Below the pieces are notes generated by a model that saw nothing but the letters and a program-made list of their open reading frames with translations, had not been told where the DNA came from and did not search any database. The translations under genes and the position numbers were made by a program. This document shows, piece by piece, positions 45,524 to 56,099 of a stretch of DNA of 64,000 nucleotides; position 1 is the first letter of the stretch; every line of letters starts with the position of its first letter. The DNA comes from an uncultured delta proteobacterium (lineage in GTDB: Bacteria > Myxococcota > Myxococcia > Myxococcales > Anaeromyxobacteraceae): contig CAVYBH010000015.1 in the NCBI GenBank assembly GCA_963766715.1, positions 160,001 to 224,000 on the forward strand, given 5' to 3'.

Positions 45524-45940
45524 CTACGGCTTCGCCTGCCGGCGGCGATCGGCGATCTCCTGCGCCAGCCGGTCGAGCCGGTCGCTTGCGCCCCGGCGCC
45601 CCTGCTCGGCGGACTTGCCGGTGAAGTGGGCGGCGCCCGGAGCCCAGCCCGGGGTCACGGTGGCGGCCAGGTCCTGGGCCGAGCGGCTGAAGAGGCCGGC
45701 GAGCGGCTTCGCGAGCTGCTTCGCCACCAGCGCGAGCCCGATGAAGGGGAGGAACACGACCATCAGGCCGCCGAGGACCGGCATGATCGTGAAGACGGCC
45801 GCGAGCGGCAGCTTCACGTAGTGGTCGGCGACGGGACCCGGGAGCCGCTCTCCGTCGTGCTGGACCGGGACGATCTCCCAGCTCGACCGGGAGAGGTAGT
45901 AGCCGCTCGTCACCGCGCTGCCGCCGTTCGTCGTTTTCAT
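45524..45940 (-). CDS. Small hypothetical membrane protein
   Basis: MKTTNGG..SGYY..WE; hydrophobic PVLGGLMVVFLPFIG segment. Confidence 0.6.
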   Translation of the reverse strand: MKTTNGGSAVTSGYYLSRSSWEIVPVQHDGERLPGPVADHYVKLPLAAVFTIMPVLGGLMVVFLPFIGLALVAKQLAKPLAGLFSRSAQDLAATVTPGWAPGAAHFTGKSAEQGRRGASDRLDRLAQEIADRRRQAKP

Positions 45941-46104
45941 GGTTCCAGTGTGCCCGGGACGGGCGCGCTCCGATATTGGGTCGATCCCGGAGACGCCCCG
46001 GGAAAAGTCCCGCCCCCTTCCGGGTACAGCGCGGGCTCGCACGCCCCACCTCGGACACCCGTTTGACCACGTCCGGAGCCCGCCATTCGTGGCTTTCCTG
46101 GCAC

Positions 46105-47779
46105 ATGAGCCCAACCGCCATCGACCCGTCCGCTCCCCTCCCCCACGGCGAGGAGCTGCTCCACGACCCGATCCTCAACAAGGGCACCGCCTTCACCCTC
46201 GCCGAGCGGCGCGCGCTGGGACTCGAGGGGCTGCTGCCGCCGCACGTGCACCGCCTCGACGAGCAGGTGGCGCGCGTGATGGACAACTACCGGAACAAGC
46301 AGACCGACCTGGAGCGCTACATCCACCTGGTCAGCCTGCAGGACCGCAACGAGACGCTCTTCTACCGGGTGGTGGTGGACCACATCGAGGAGATGATGCC
46401 CATCATCTACACGCCCACGGTGGGGCAGGCCTGCCAGCAGTGGGGGCACCTCTTCCGGCGGCCGCGCGGCCTCTACGTGGCCTGGCCGGACCGCGGACGG
46501 ATCGAGGCCGTCCTGCGCAACTGGCCGCTCTCCGACGTCCGCGTCATCGTCGTGACGGATGGTGAACGGATCCTGGGCCTGGGCGACCAGGGCGTGGGCG
46601 GAATGGGCATCCCGGTGGGCAAGCTCTCGCTCTACACCGCCTGCGCCGGCATCGACCCGGCCCGGACCCTGCCGGTGATGCTCGACGTGGGCACCGAGAA
46701 CGAGGGCTACCTGCGCGACCCGCTCTACATGGGCGTGCGCCAGAAGCGGGTCCGGGGGAAGGAGTACGACGCCTTCGTCGCCGAGTTCGTCGAGGCCGTG
46801 CGGCGCGTCTTCCCGCGGGCGCTCCTGCAGTTCGAGGACTTCGGCAACCAGAACGCCTTCCGCCTGCTGGAGCAGTGGCGCGAGCGGGTCTGCACCTTCA
46901 ACGACGACATCCAGGGAACCGCGGCGGTGACCCTGGCCGGGCTCTACTCGTCGCTCCGCCTCACCGGGAAGACCCTGCGGGACCAGAAGCTCCTCTTCCT
47001 GGGCGCCGGCGAGGCCGGCATCGGCATCGGCGACCTGGTGGTCTCGGCGATGGTGGACGAGGGAGCCACCCTCGAGGAGGCGCGGCGGCGCTGCTGGTTC
47101 GTGGACAGCCACGGACTGGTGGTGAAGAGCCGGACCGGGCTGGCCGAGCACAAGCTCCGCTTCGCCCACGACGCCGCGCCGGCACCCGACTTCTTCTCGG
47201 CGCTCGAGGCCCTGCGCCCCACCGCCATCGTCGGCGTGTCCACGGTGCCCCGCTCCTTCGACCAGCGGGTGATCGAGGCCATGTCCCGGATGAACGAGCG
47301 CCCCATCGTCTTCGCGCTCTCCAACCCGACCTCCAAGTCGGAGTGCACCGCCGAGGAGGCCTACCGCTGGTCGGGCGGCCGGGCCATCTTCGCGAGCGGC
47401 AGCCCGTTCCCCACCTGCCACCTGGACGGGAAGACCTTCGTGCCCGGCCAGGGGAACAACTCCTACATCTTCCCGGGCGTCGGGCTGGGGGTGGTGGCCT
47501 GCCAGGCCCGGCTGGTCACCGACCGCATGTTCTCGGCGGCGGCGCGCACGCTGGCCTCGCTGGTGCTTCCGTCCGACCTGGAGCTGGGGCGGATCTTCCC
47601 CTCCCTCACCCGCATCCGGGAGGTGTCGGCCCACATCGGCGCGGCCGTGGCGGAGGTGGCCTTCCGGGACGGGCTCGCCGGCGTGCCCCGCCCGGCGGAC
47701 GTGCCCGGGATGGTGCGAAGCGCGATGTGGGAGCCCGCCTACCGGGACTACGTGCGGAGCGGCGCGGGGCCCTTCCTAG
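46105..47779 (+). CDS. maeA: NAD(P)-dependent malic enzyme (MaeA/SfcA type); stop not resolved, frame open to 48417
   Basis: NKGTAFT, YTPTVG, VTDGERILGLGD, QFEDF, FNDDIQGT, GAGEAG, LSNPT, GQGNN; homology ends at MWEPAYRDY near 47750. Confidence 0.9.
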
Positions 47780-48859
47780 ACGGGCTTCGCGCGAAGCTCG
47801 AGGACGAACCGGGCGCCGGGAGCCGCCTCGTCGAGCCAGAGCCTGCCGCCCTGGGCCTCGGCGAGGCCGCGGGCGATGGCCAGGCCGAGGCCGAAGCCGG
47901 TCGCCTGGTCGCCTTCCCGGCTGAAGCGCTCGAAGACGCGGGGACGGATCCGGGCGGGAACGCCCGGGCCGTCGTCGGAGACCGCCACGCAGACGAGGTC
48001 TCCGGTCCTCTCGACGGCGATCTCGACGTTCCTCCCGCCGTGGCGGAGCGCGTTGTCGATCAGGTTGTCGAGCACCCGCCCGGTGAGCAGGGGGTCGCCG
48101 ATCGCCGTGGCCGGCGCCGATCGAAGGGTGAGCCGGGTCCGCGGCCCCGGCGTGGGCGCTCGAGGCCCGGTCCCGGGCCAGGCGGGTGGCGCGCTCCAGG
48201 TCGAAGCGGGTCGCGGTGGGCTCGAGCGTCCCGGCGTCGCCGCGGGCGAGCGCGAGCAGCATCTCCACCAGGCGGCCGAGCCGGGTGGCCTCCTCCTCGA
48301 CCACGTGGAGGGCGGCCTGGTACTCCGCCGGCGTCCGCTCGCGCCGCAGCGTCACCTGCACCTCCCCGAGCATGCCGGCGAGCGGGGTGCGCAGCTCGTG
48401 GGCCGCGTTGGCGCTGAAGGCGCGGATCCGCTCGGCGGTCGCCGTCCGGGCCCGCAGGAGATCGTTCGTCACCGACGCCAGGTCGTCCCACTCGTCGCCG
48501 GTGCCCCGCACCGGCAGCTCGAGCTCCCCGTCTCCCTTCAAGGCCCTGCGCGCCCGCAGCGCGGCCTCGCGCATCGGGGCCAGCGCGCGCCTCGCGAGCA
48601 GGAGGCCGAGGAAGGCCGCCCCGGCGACGACGAACGGGGAGAAGAAGAGCATCACCAGCCCCATCTTCTTCGCGTCCTGGAAGTCGTCTCCCACGTAGGG
48701 CGACGTCGCCGCGAGCTCCGGACCGGCCGCCAGCCGCTCCGCCCGATCGTGGAACCAGATCGCCCCGAGCGTCACCGCGCCGAAGACGAGGAAGGTGACG
48801 AGGACCGCGCCCGCGAAGGCCGCCGCGAGGCGGACCCGGAAGCTGCGCAGCAATCTCAA
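47776..48859 (-). CDS. Sensor histidine kinase (2TM-HAMP-HisKA-HATPase); frameshift near 48125
   Basis: NAAHELRTPL, NLIDNALRH, DDGPG, GFGLGL; TTG start overlaps the regulator stop. Confidence 0.85.
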
Positions 48860-49530
48860 GGGCCGCGCCTCATGGCGTAGCCCACGCCCCGCACCGTCTG
48901 GATGAGCGGATAGGAGAAGGGCTCGTCGATCTTCTTGCGGAGGTAGCGAACGTAGACGTCGACGACGTTGGAGAAGGTGTCGAAGTCGTGCTCCCAGACC
49001 GCCTCGACGATCCGGGTGCGGGAGACCGGCTCGCCGGCGTGCTCGAGCAGGAACTGGAGCAGGGAGAACTCGCGGGCGGTGAGCCGGACGACCTGCCCGG
49101 CCCGCGTGACCCGGTGCGCCACCGGGTCGAGGACCAGGTCGCCGCACGTCAGGGTCGGGCTGGCCCGGCCGCCGGCCCGGCGCAGGACGGCGCGCACCCG
49201 CGCCACCAGCTCGTCGAACGCGAAGGGCTTGATCAGGTAGTCGTCGGCCCCGGCGTTGAGCGCCGCCACCCGGTCGTCGACCGAGTCCCGGGCCGTGATC
49301 ATGACCACCGGGGTGACGTCCTCCCGGGCGCGCCACCGGAGCAGGAGGTCGAGGCCGGAGGTCCCCGGGATCATCCAGTCGAGGAGCACGACGTCCACCC
49401 CCCCGGCGGAGAACTCCCGCTCGGCCGCCTCCCCGTCGGCTGCCACCCGGACGGTGTAGCCCTCCTCGGTGAGACCTCGCTCGATGAAGGAGCGGACGCG
49501 AAGCTCGTCTTCGACGACCAGGATGGCCAT
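48856..49530 (-). CDS. OmpR/PhoB-family response regulator (CusR/CzcR-like)
   Basis: VVEDE, LLDWMIPG, GADDYLIKPF, NVVDVYVRYLRKK, TVRGVGY. Confidence 0.92.
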   Translation of the reverse strand: MAILVVEDELRVRSFIERGLTEEGYTVRVAADGEAAEREFSAGGVDVVLLDWMIPGTSGLDLLLRWRAREDVTPVVMITARDSVDDRVAALNAGADDYLIKPFAFDELVARVRAVLRRAGGRASPTLTCGDLVLDPVAHRVTRAGQVVRLTAREFSLLQFLLEHAGEPVSRTRIVEAVWEHDFDTFSNVVDVYVRYLRKKIDEPFSYPLIQTVRGVGYAMRRGP

Positions 49531-49566
49531 CCCGATGGATTAGCACGCCCCGAACGCCGATCGCGA

Positions 49567-49604
49567 ATGAGTGAATTCTCATGTCGTTCTCACCTGCGCT
49601 TCAC
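49567..49604. promoter_or_regulatory. Tandem 11-bp-period direct repeats (OmpR/PhoB-type boxes) overlapping an ATGAG-N6-CTCAT inverted repeat
   Basis: TTCTCAT (49576), TTCTCAC (49587), GCTTCAC (49598), immediately upstream of the OmpR-type regulator. Confidence 0.55.
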
Positions 49605-49783
49605 CCGGGCGGCGCTAGATTCCTCCCGGACGCGACGTCGCGTCTCCGGGGTGCGAGAGCGTCCCGGGGGCTTGCAGGAGGGATGCCTCCCGCGAGCCGT
49701 CGGCGAAGCGGGGCAGGACCCCCCTCCCCAGCCCCCTTCGCCGACCGTTTCCCGATCCGGGCGTGGCGTCGTACCGTCCGTCG

Positions 49784-51578
49784 ATGCCCAACCCCCTCCT
49801 CGACGATCGCGGCCTCGACTTCGTCCTGCGGGACGTCCTCGACGCCGGCTCGCTCTCCCGTCTCCCCCACTTCTCCGACCACGGCCCGGAGACCTTCGAC
49901 GCCTGGATCGACGTCTGCCGGCGCTTCGCGCGGGACGTCCTCCTCCCCTCCTACCGCCCCCTCGACGCCGAGCCGCCGGTGCTCCGCGACGGCCGGGTCC
50001 TCGTCCACCCGAGGCTGAAGGAGATTCTGGCCGCGCCTGCGCGAGCTGGGGGTGATCTCCGCCACCCGTCCGGCCGGCGTGGGCGGGCAGCAGCTGCCGG
50101 CCACCATCGCCATGGCCGCGAACCTGTACCTGATGGCCGGGAACTGCTCCGCATACGGGTACGCCGGGCTCACCAGCGGCGCGGCCCACCTGGTCGAGGC
50201 CTTCGGCTCCCCGGCGCTGCGGGAGCGCTGGCTGGGACCGATGCTCGAGGGGATCGTCACCGGGACCATGGCCCTCACCGAGCCGCAGGCCGGATCGAGC
50301 CTGGCCGACGTGGCGACCCGGGCCACCCCGTCGGGCGACCACTTCCTCCTCTCCGGGGCCAAGATCTTCATCTCCGGCGGCGACCACGACCTGACCGGAA
50401 ACGTGGTGCACCTGGTGCTCGCGCGCATCGACGGCGCGGCCCCGGGGACGAAGGGCGTGAGCCTCTTCCTCGTCCCGCGGCAGCGCCCCTCGGCGGGCGG
50501 CGGGCTCGAGCCGAACGACGTCTCGGTGTCCGGGCTCATCCACAAGATCGGCTGGCGGGGGCTCCCCAGCGTGGCGCTGTCCTTCGGCGAGTCGGGCGAC
50601 TGCCGGGGCTGGCTGGTCGGCGAGGCGGGGCGCGGCCTCGCCCAGATGTTCCAGATGATGAACGAGGCCCGCATCATGGTGGGCGGCAACGGCGTGGCCA
50701 CCGCGTCGGTGGCCTACCTCGAGTCGCTGGCCTACGCCCGGGACCGGCTGCAGGGACGGGCGGCCGGGAGCCGCGATCCGCGCTCGCCCCAGCTCCCCAT
50801 CGTGGAGCACGCCGACGTCCGGCGCATGCTGCTGCGGCAGAAGGCCATCGTCGAGGGGGGCCTGGCGCTGGTGCTGGAGGCCGCCCTGCAGGCGGACCGG
50901 TCCGAGCACGCGACCACGCCGGAGGAGCGCGGCCGGGCGCGGCTCCTGCTCGACCTGCTCACCCCGGTGGCCAAGAGCTTCCCCGCCGAGCGCGGGTTCG
51001 AGTCCACGGCGCTGGCGCTCCAGATCCACGGTGGGTACGGGTACTCGAGCGAGTACCTGCCCGAGGCCTGGCTGCGGGACCAGAAGCTGAACTCCATCCA
51101 CGAGGGGACGACCGGGATCCAGGGCATGGACCTGCTCGGGCGCAAGGTGGTGGCCGACGGCGGGGCCGCGCTGCGCACCCTGGGCGAGGAGATCGAGGCG
51201 GCCTGCCGGCGCGCGGACCGGGCCGGGGTGGAGGCGTCTTGGATCGCCGCCGTCCGGGAGGCCACGGCGAGCGTCGGGGCGCTGACGCTGGAGCTGGCGG
51301 GACGCGGGCTGTCCGGGAGCCCGGACGCCATGCTCTTGCACTCGACCGACTACCTCGACCTCTTCTCCACGCTGGTGGTGGCCTGGCTCTGGCTCCTCCA
51401 GGCGGCGGCCGCCCGGGAGGCGCTGGCCGCCGGACGCGGAGCGCCGGAGATGCTGCAGGGGAAGCTCTCGGCGGCCCGTTACTGGATCCGGTCGGAGCTC
51501 CCGCGCATCGCCCCGCTCGTCGCCACCTGCAGGGAGGGCGAGGACAGCTACGCCACCGTGCGCACGGAGTGGCTGTAG
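49784..51578 (+). CDS. Acyl-CoA dehydrogenase; frameshift near 50035
   Basis: [48 protein letters not shown]. Confidence 0.92.
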
Positions 51579-51609
51579 CAGGCTCTTCCCCGTGGTATGG
51601 CCTGGAGCC

Positions 51610-52833
51610 ATGGAGCATCCGAGCTACCGGGCCATCGCCCATGCCATCCGGCGCCGATCGGCCTGGTCCAGCGGGGAGACCATCGCCTTCCCCGGGGAGG
51701 GCGCCGAGGTCTTCTTCCTGCCGCACCGCTCCCTCCATGGCCAGCACCTGCTGGGCCGGCAGGCCTACCGCTGCGACCTCCACGGGCTGGACTTCCCGGG
51801 CGAGCCCATCGACGACGCACCCGCCGACTGCGACATCGCGGAGAACCTCGACTTCCGCTACCCGTTGCTCCGCGCGATCGGCTCCGGCGGCGAGCGGGCC
51901 CGGCGGCTCGTGGTCGTCCTCCACGGGCTGAACGAGCGCAGCTTCACGAAGTACGTTCCCTGGGCCCACCAGCTCTGGCGCGCCACCGGGGCCGCCGTGG
52001 CGCTCTTCCCGCTCTCCTTCCAGGTGAACCGCGTCCTGCCGCAGTGGGGGCGGCAGGTCGACCTGCACCTGGCCCGCCGCCGGGCCGTGTCCCGGAACGA
52101 GAACGTCCACGGCTTCAACTGCGTCATCAGCGAGCGGCTCGACGCCTACCCGGAGCGCTTCTTCTGGGGCGGACTGCAGTCCTACGGCGACGTCGTCGAC
52201 CTGGTTTCCGGGATCCGCGCCGGGCGTCACCCGCACGTGGACCCGGAGGCCCGGGTGGACCTGGTCGGCTACTCGGCCGGCGGCTACCTGGCGCTGGCCT
52301 TGCTCCTCGTCGACGAGTCCGGGCTCTTCGCCGACAGCCGGGCCGTCGTCTTCGAGAGCGGAGCGGCCCTGCGGGCCACCAACATGTCGTCGCGCTTCAT
52401 CATCGACCACGCGTGCGAGGTGTCGCTGATGAAGCTCTACGTCCGCTTCACCGGGCGCCTGGCCAACGGCCGGCTCTCGCACTGGCTGCGCGAGCACGAC
52501 GTGGGGCGCTGGTTCCGGGCCCTGTGCGGCGACGAGGCGGAGCGGCCGCGGCTCGAGGCCCGCCTGCGCGAGCTGGCGCCGCGCCTGCTCGCCATCTCCA
52601 ACCGGAACGACGAGGTCATCCCCGCCCCCGCCATCCTGAACACGCTGCAGGGGCTGCACCGGGATACGGGCGTCCGGATCGAGGAGCTCTCGCTGGGCGT
52701 CCACGAGCACCCGTTCCTCTGCGGCGACTACCAGCAGCGGGACCGGGACTTCGTGACCGGGTTCCTGGACGAGCCTCGCTACGGTCCGGGCTTCGAGCGC
52801 TTCGTCGAGGCCGCCGCCGGGCTGCTCCGCTAG
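51610..52833 (+). CDS. Alpha/beta-hydrolase-fold protein, DUF6051-like
   Basis: VLHGLNERSFTKYVPWA, nucleophile elbow GYSAGG, C-terminal HEHPF. Confidence 0.7.
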   Translation: MEHPSYRAIAHAIRRRSAWSSGETIAFPGEGAEVFFLPHRSLHGQHLLGRQAYRCDLHGLDFPGEPIDDAPADCDIAENLDFRYPLLRAIGSGGERARRLVVVLHGLNERSFTKYVPWAHQLWRATGAAVALFPLSFQVNRVLPQWGRQVDLHLARRRAVSRNENVHGFNCVISERLDAYPERFFWGGLQSYGDVVDLVSGIRAGRHPHVDPEARVDLVGYSAGGYLALALLLVDESGLFADSRAVVFESGAALRATNMSSRFIIDHACEVSLMKLYVRFTGRLANGRLSHWLREHDVGRWFRALCGDEAERPRLEARLRELAPRLLAISNRNDEVIPAPAILNTLQGLHRDTGVRIEELSLGVHEHPFLCGDYQQRDRDFVTGFLDEPRYGPGFERFVEAAAGLLR

Positions 52834-52871
52834 CGCCGGACCCGGACCCGCGGCCGCGCGTCCCGCGGAAC

Positions 52872-52911
52872 GAGAAACGAGAAGCGGGGAGCCGCTCTCG
52901 CGACCCCCCGC
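52872..52911 (-). terminator. Intrinsic terminator after the BMP gene
   Basis: Minus strand GCGGGGGGTCGC-GAGA-GCGGCTCCCCGC followed by TTCTCGTTTCTC. Confidence 0.65.
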
Positions 52912-52938
52912 CCGGTGCTGCCCGTCTCGAAGCCGCCG

Positions 52939-54081
52939 CTACTTGGCGGACGGGAGCTTGCCCTCGACGCCCGCGACGTAGAAGTTCATCTCGCCCTTGA
53001 ACTTGTCGTCACCGACGACGCCGGCCGCGAGCACTTCCTTGCCGGTGTTGTCCTTGATGGGGCCGCGGAAGACGGCGCCCGGGTTGGCGACGAGGAAGGC
53101 CTTGGCCTCCTCCACCTTGGCCTTGGCGGCCGGCGGGACGGAGTCGTTCACCTTCACGAAGGTGGTGAGCCCCTCCTTGATGCCCCACTTGGTGTTCTCG
53201 ACCTTCCAGGTCTTCTCGAGGACGTCGTTCACGGCCTTGATGTAGTACGGACCCCAGTCGAGCGCGGCCGAGCCGAGGTGGGCCTTGGGGGCGAAGGCGC
53301 TCATGTCCGAGTCCCAGCCGAAGGCGTACTTGCCGTTCTTCTCGGCGGTCTGGAGGACGGCCGTCGAGTCGGTGTTCTGGAGCAGCACGTCGGCGCCCTG
53401 GTTGATGAGCGACTGGGCCGCCTCGGTCTCCTTGGGGGGATCGAACCAGGCGCTCACCCAGACCACCTTGGTCTTGACCTTCGGGTTCACGCTCTGCGCA
53501 CCCAGGGTGAACGCATTGATGTTGCGGAGCACCTCGGGGATGGGGAAGGAGCCGACGAAGCCGATGACGTTGGTCTTCGTCATCATGCCGGCCAGCACGC
53601 CGGCGACGTAGGAGTCCTCGTAGAAGCGCCCCTCGTAGTTGCGCAGGTTGGGCGCGGTCTTGAAGCCGGTGGCGTGCTCGAAGAAGACCTCCGGGTGATC
53701 CTTGGCGACCTTCTCCATCGAGTCGCCGAAGCCGAAGGAGGTGGCGAAGATGACCTTGTTGCCCTGGGCGACGAGGTCCCGGATGACGCGCTCGGCGTCG
53801 GGACCCTCGGCCACCTTCTCGACGTAGGTGGTCTTCACCTTGTCGCCGAACTTGGCCTCCATCGCCTTGCGGCCCAGGTCGTGGGCGTAGGTCCAGCCGG
53901 CGTCGCCGACGGGGCCCACGTAGATGAAGCCGATCTTGAGGGGCTCGGCCTTGGCGGCGGCGGCAGGGGCCGGCGCGGGAGCGGCCGGCTTCGGGGGCTC
54001 GCTCTTCGAGCAGCCCAGGAGGCCGATTCCGGCCACGAGGGCCGCGAGGGTCAGGTTCTGCACGAACGAACGGCTGCGCAT
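52939..54081 (-). CDS. BMP-family ABC transporter substrate-binding lipoprotein (nucleoside/purine)
   Basis: Lipobox LLGC; GFIYVGPVGDAGWTYAHD; IFATSFGF; WFDP. Confidence 0.92.
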   Translation of the reverse strand: MRSRSFVQNLTLAALVAGIGLLGCSKSEPPKPAAPAPAPAAAAKAEPLKIGFIYVGPVGDAGWTYAHDLGRKAMEAKFGDKVKTTYVEKVAEGPDAERVIRDLVAQGNKVIFATSFGFGDSMEKVAKDHPEVFFEHATGFKTAPNLRNYEGRFYEDSYVAGVLAGMMTKTNVIGFVGSFPIPEVLRNINAFTLGAQSVNPKVKTKVVWVSAWFDPPKETEAAQSLINQGADVLLQNTDSTAVLQTAEKNGKYAFGWDSDMSAFAPKAHLGSAALDWGPYYIKAVNDVLEKTWKVENTKWGIKEGLTTFVKVNDSVPPAAKAKVEEAKAFLVANPGAVFRGPIKDNTGKEVLAAGVVGDDKFKGEMNFYVAGVEGKLPSAK

Positions 54082-54112
54082 GACTGCTTCTCCTTGGTGG
54101 TGAGGGTGAGAC

Positions 54113-55033
54113 TCATGAGCCGGGGTGGAACGTCTTGCCCAGGGACGCGGGCATGTTGAGCCGGATCCAGAGCGGATCGCGGGAGATGACGACCAGGACG
54201 ACGACGGTGGACAGGTACGGGAGCATGCTCATGAACTGGAGCGGGACCTGGACCCCCTGCCCCTGGAGGTGGAGTTGCAGCATGGTCACGCCGCCGAAGA
54301 GGTAGGCGCCGAGCAGCACCCGCCCCGGGCGCCAGGTGGCGAACACCGTCAGGGCGAGCGCGATCCATCCGCGGCCGGCGATCATGCCCTCCACCCACAT
54401 GGGCGCGTAGATGATGGACAGGTACGCGCCGGAGACCCCGCACAGCGCGCCGCCGGCCAGCACGGCGCCCAGGCGGATCCACCGCACCGGGTAGCCCAGC
54501 GCGTGCGCCGAGTCGGGCGACTCGCCCACCGAGCGCAGCACCAGGCCGGCGCGCGTCCGGTAGAAGAACCAGGCCAGCGCGGCCATGAGCGCGATGGCGA
54601 TGTAGACCATGGGATGCTGGCGGAAGAGCGCCGGGCCCAGGAAGGGCAGGTCGCGAAGCCCGGGAATGCCCGCGCCGGCCGACTGCTCGAGCTTCTTGCC
54701 CACGTAGCCGGTGCCCACGAAGGCCGAGAAGCCCAGGCCGAAGAGGGAGATGGCGAGGCCGGTGGCGTACTGGTTCGTGCAGAGCCAGATGGAGAGCCAC
54801 CCGAAGATACCCGCCGCGGCCGCGCCGGCGACGGCCCCGGCCGCGAACCCGACCCAGTCGTTGCCGGTGTGGAAGGCGGCCGCGAAGCCCGTGACCGCGG
54901 CGATGGCCATCATCCCCTCGGCTCCCAGGTTCACCACCCCGGACCGCTCGTTCACGAGCAGCCCGAGACCGGCCAGGGCGATCGGCGTGCCGGAGGCCAG
55001 CGTGGCGGCGACGAGGAGCGCGATCTCGTTCAT
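54113..55033 (-). CDS. Nucleoside-type ABC transporter permease
   Basis: ERSGVVNLGAEG, LRSVGESP, AGRGWIALA. Confidence 0.9.
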   Translation of the reverse strand: MNEIALLVAATLASGTPIALAGLGLLVNERSGVVNLGAEGMMAIAAVTGFAAAFHTGNDWVGFAAGAVAGAAAAGIFGWLSIWLCTNQYATGLAISLFGLGFSAFVGTGYVGKKLEQSAGAGIPGLRDLPFLGPALFRQHPMVYIAIALMAALAWFFYRTRAGLVLRSVGESPDSAHALGYPVRWIRLGAVLAGGALCGVSGAYLSIIYAPMWVEGMIAGRGWIALALTVFATWRPGRVLLGAYLFGGVTMLQLHLQGQGVQVPLQFMSMLPYLSTVVVLVVISRDPLWIRLNMPASLGKTFHPGS

Positions 55034-56099
55034 CGGGGGGACCACCGGGGCCGGTAGTTGATGAGGGTGTCGCAGCCGAGCAGCGAGAGCAGCAGCACGC
55101 CCTGGAAGACGCCGGTGATGGCGGACGGCAGGCCGAGCCTGGACTGGGCCAGCTCGCCGCCGATGGAGAAGGTGGCCAGGATGAGGGAGGCCAGCACGGC
55201 GCCCAGCGGGTGGAGCCGTCCCACGAAGGCGACGATGATGGCCGCGAAGCCATAGCCCTGCGAGACGTGCGGGGTGAGCTGCCCATGGGCCCCGCCACCT
55301 CGAGCGCCCCCGCCACCCCGGCCAGCCCTCCCGAGATGAGGAAGGTCATCCACAGCGCCCCGCGGGACGAGAACCCGGCGTAGCGCGCCGCGGCCGGGGC
55401 CGGCCCGCCCACCATGAGCTGCATTCCCTTGTAGGTCCGGAACATGAAGATCCACATCCCCACCGCGGCGGCGAGCGCCAGCGCGAACCCCCAGTGGAGG
55501 CGCATGCCGGGGATGAAGCGGGGCACGCCGGTCTGCGCGGCGAAGTTCATGGTCTGCGGGAAGTTGAAGCCCCCCGGATCCTTCCAGGGCCCGAAGACGA
55601 GCCAGGAGAGGAAGAGGTCGGCCACGTAGACGAGCATCAGGCTGACCAGGATCTCGTTGGCGTTGAACCGATCCTTGAGGAACGCGGCGATGCTCGCCCA
55701 GAGCATTCCCCCGATCGCGCCCGCCAGGACGAGGAGCGGGAAGAAGGCCCAGCGGTCGACCGGCACCTGGTTCTGGGTGACGACGAGCGCGAGCCCCCCG
55801 CCCACGATGCCGCCGACGAGGAACTGCCCCTCGGCGCCGATGTTCCAGACGTTGGCGCGGAACGCGAGCGCCAGCCCGAGCGCGCAGAGGATGAGCGGCG
55901 TGGCCTTGAGCCCGAGCTCGGTCAGGCCGCGGATCCCGCTCCACGGCTGGACCAGGAAGACCTCGAGGCCGCGAACCGGGTCCTTTCCCAGCAGCGCGAA
56001 GAGCGACGCCGCCACGGCCACCGTGATGGCGAGCGCCACCACCGGAGAGAGCACGCTCCAGAGCCGGGACGGGGCCGGCCGCGCCTCGAGCCGGATCAA
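55030..56099 (-). CDS. Nucleoside-type ABC transporter permease; frameshift near 55285
   Basis: WNIGAEGQ, ANEILVSLML, GYGFAAIIVAFVGRLHP. Confidence 0.88.
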
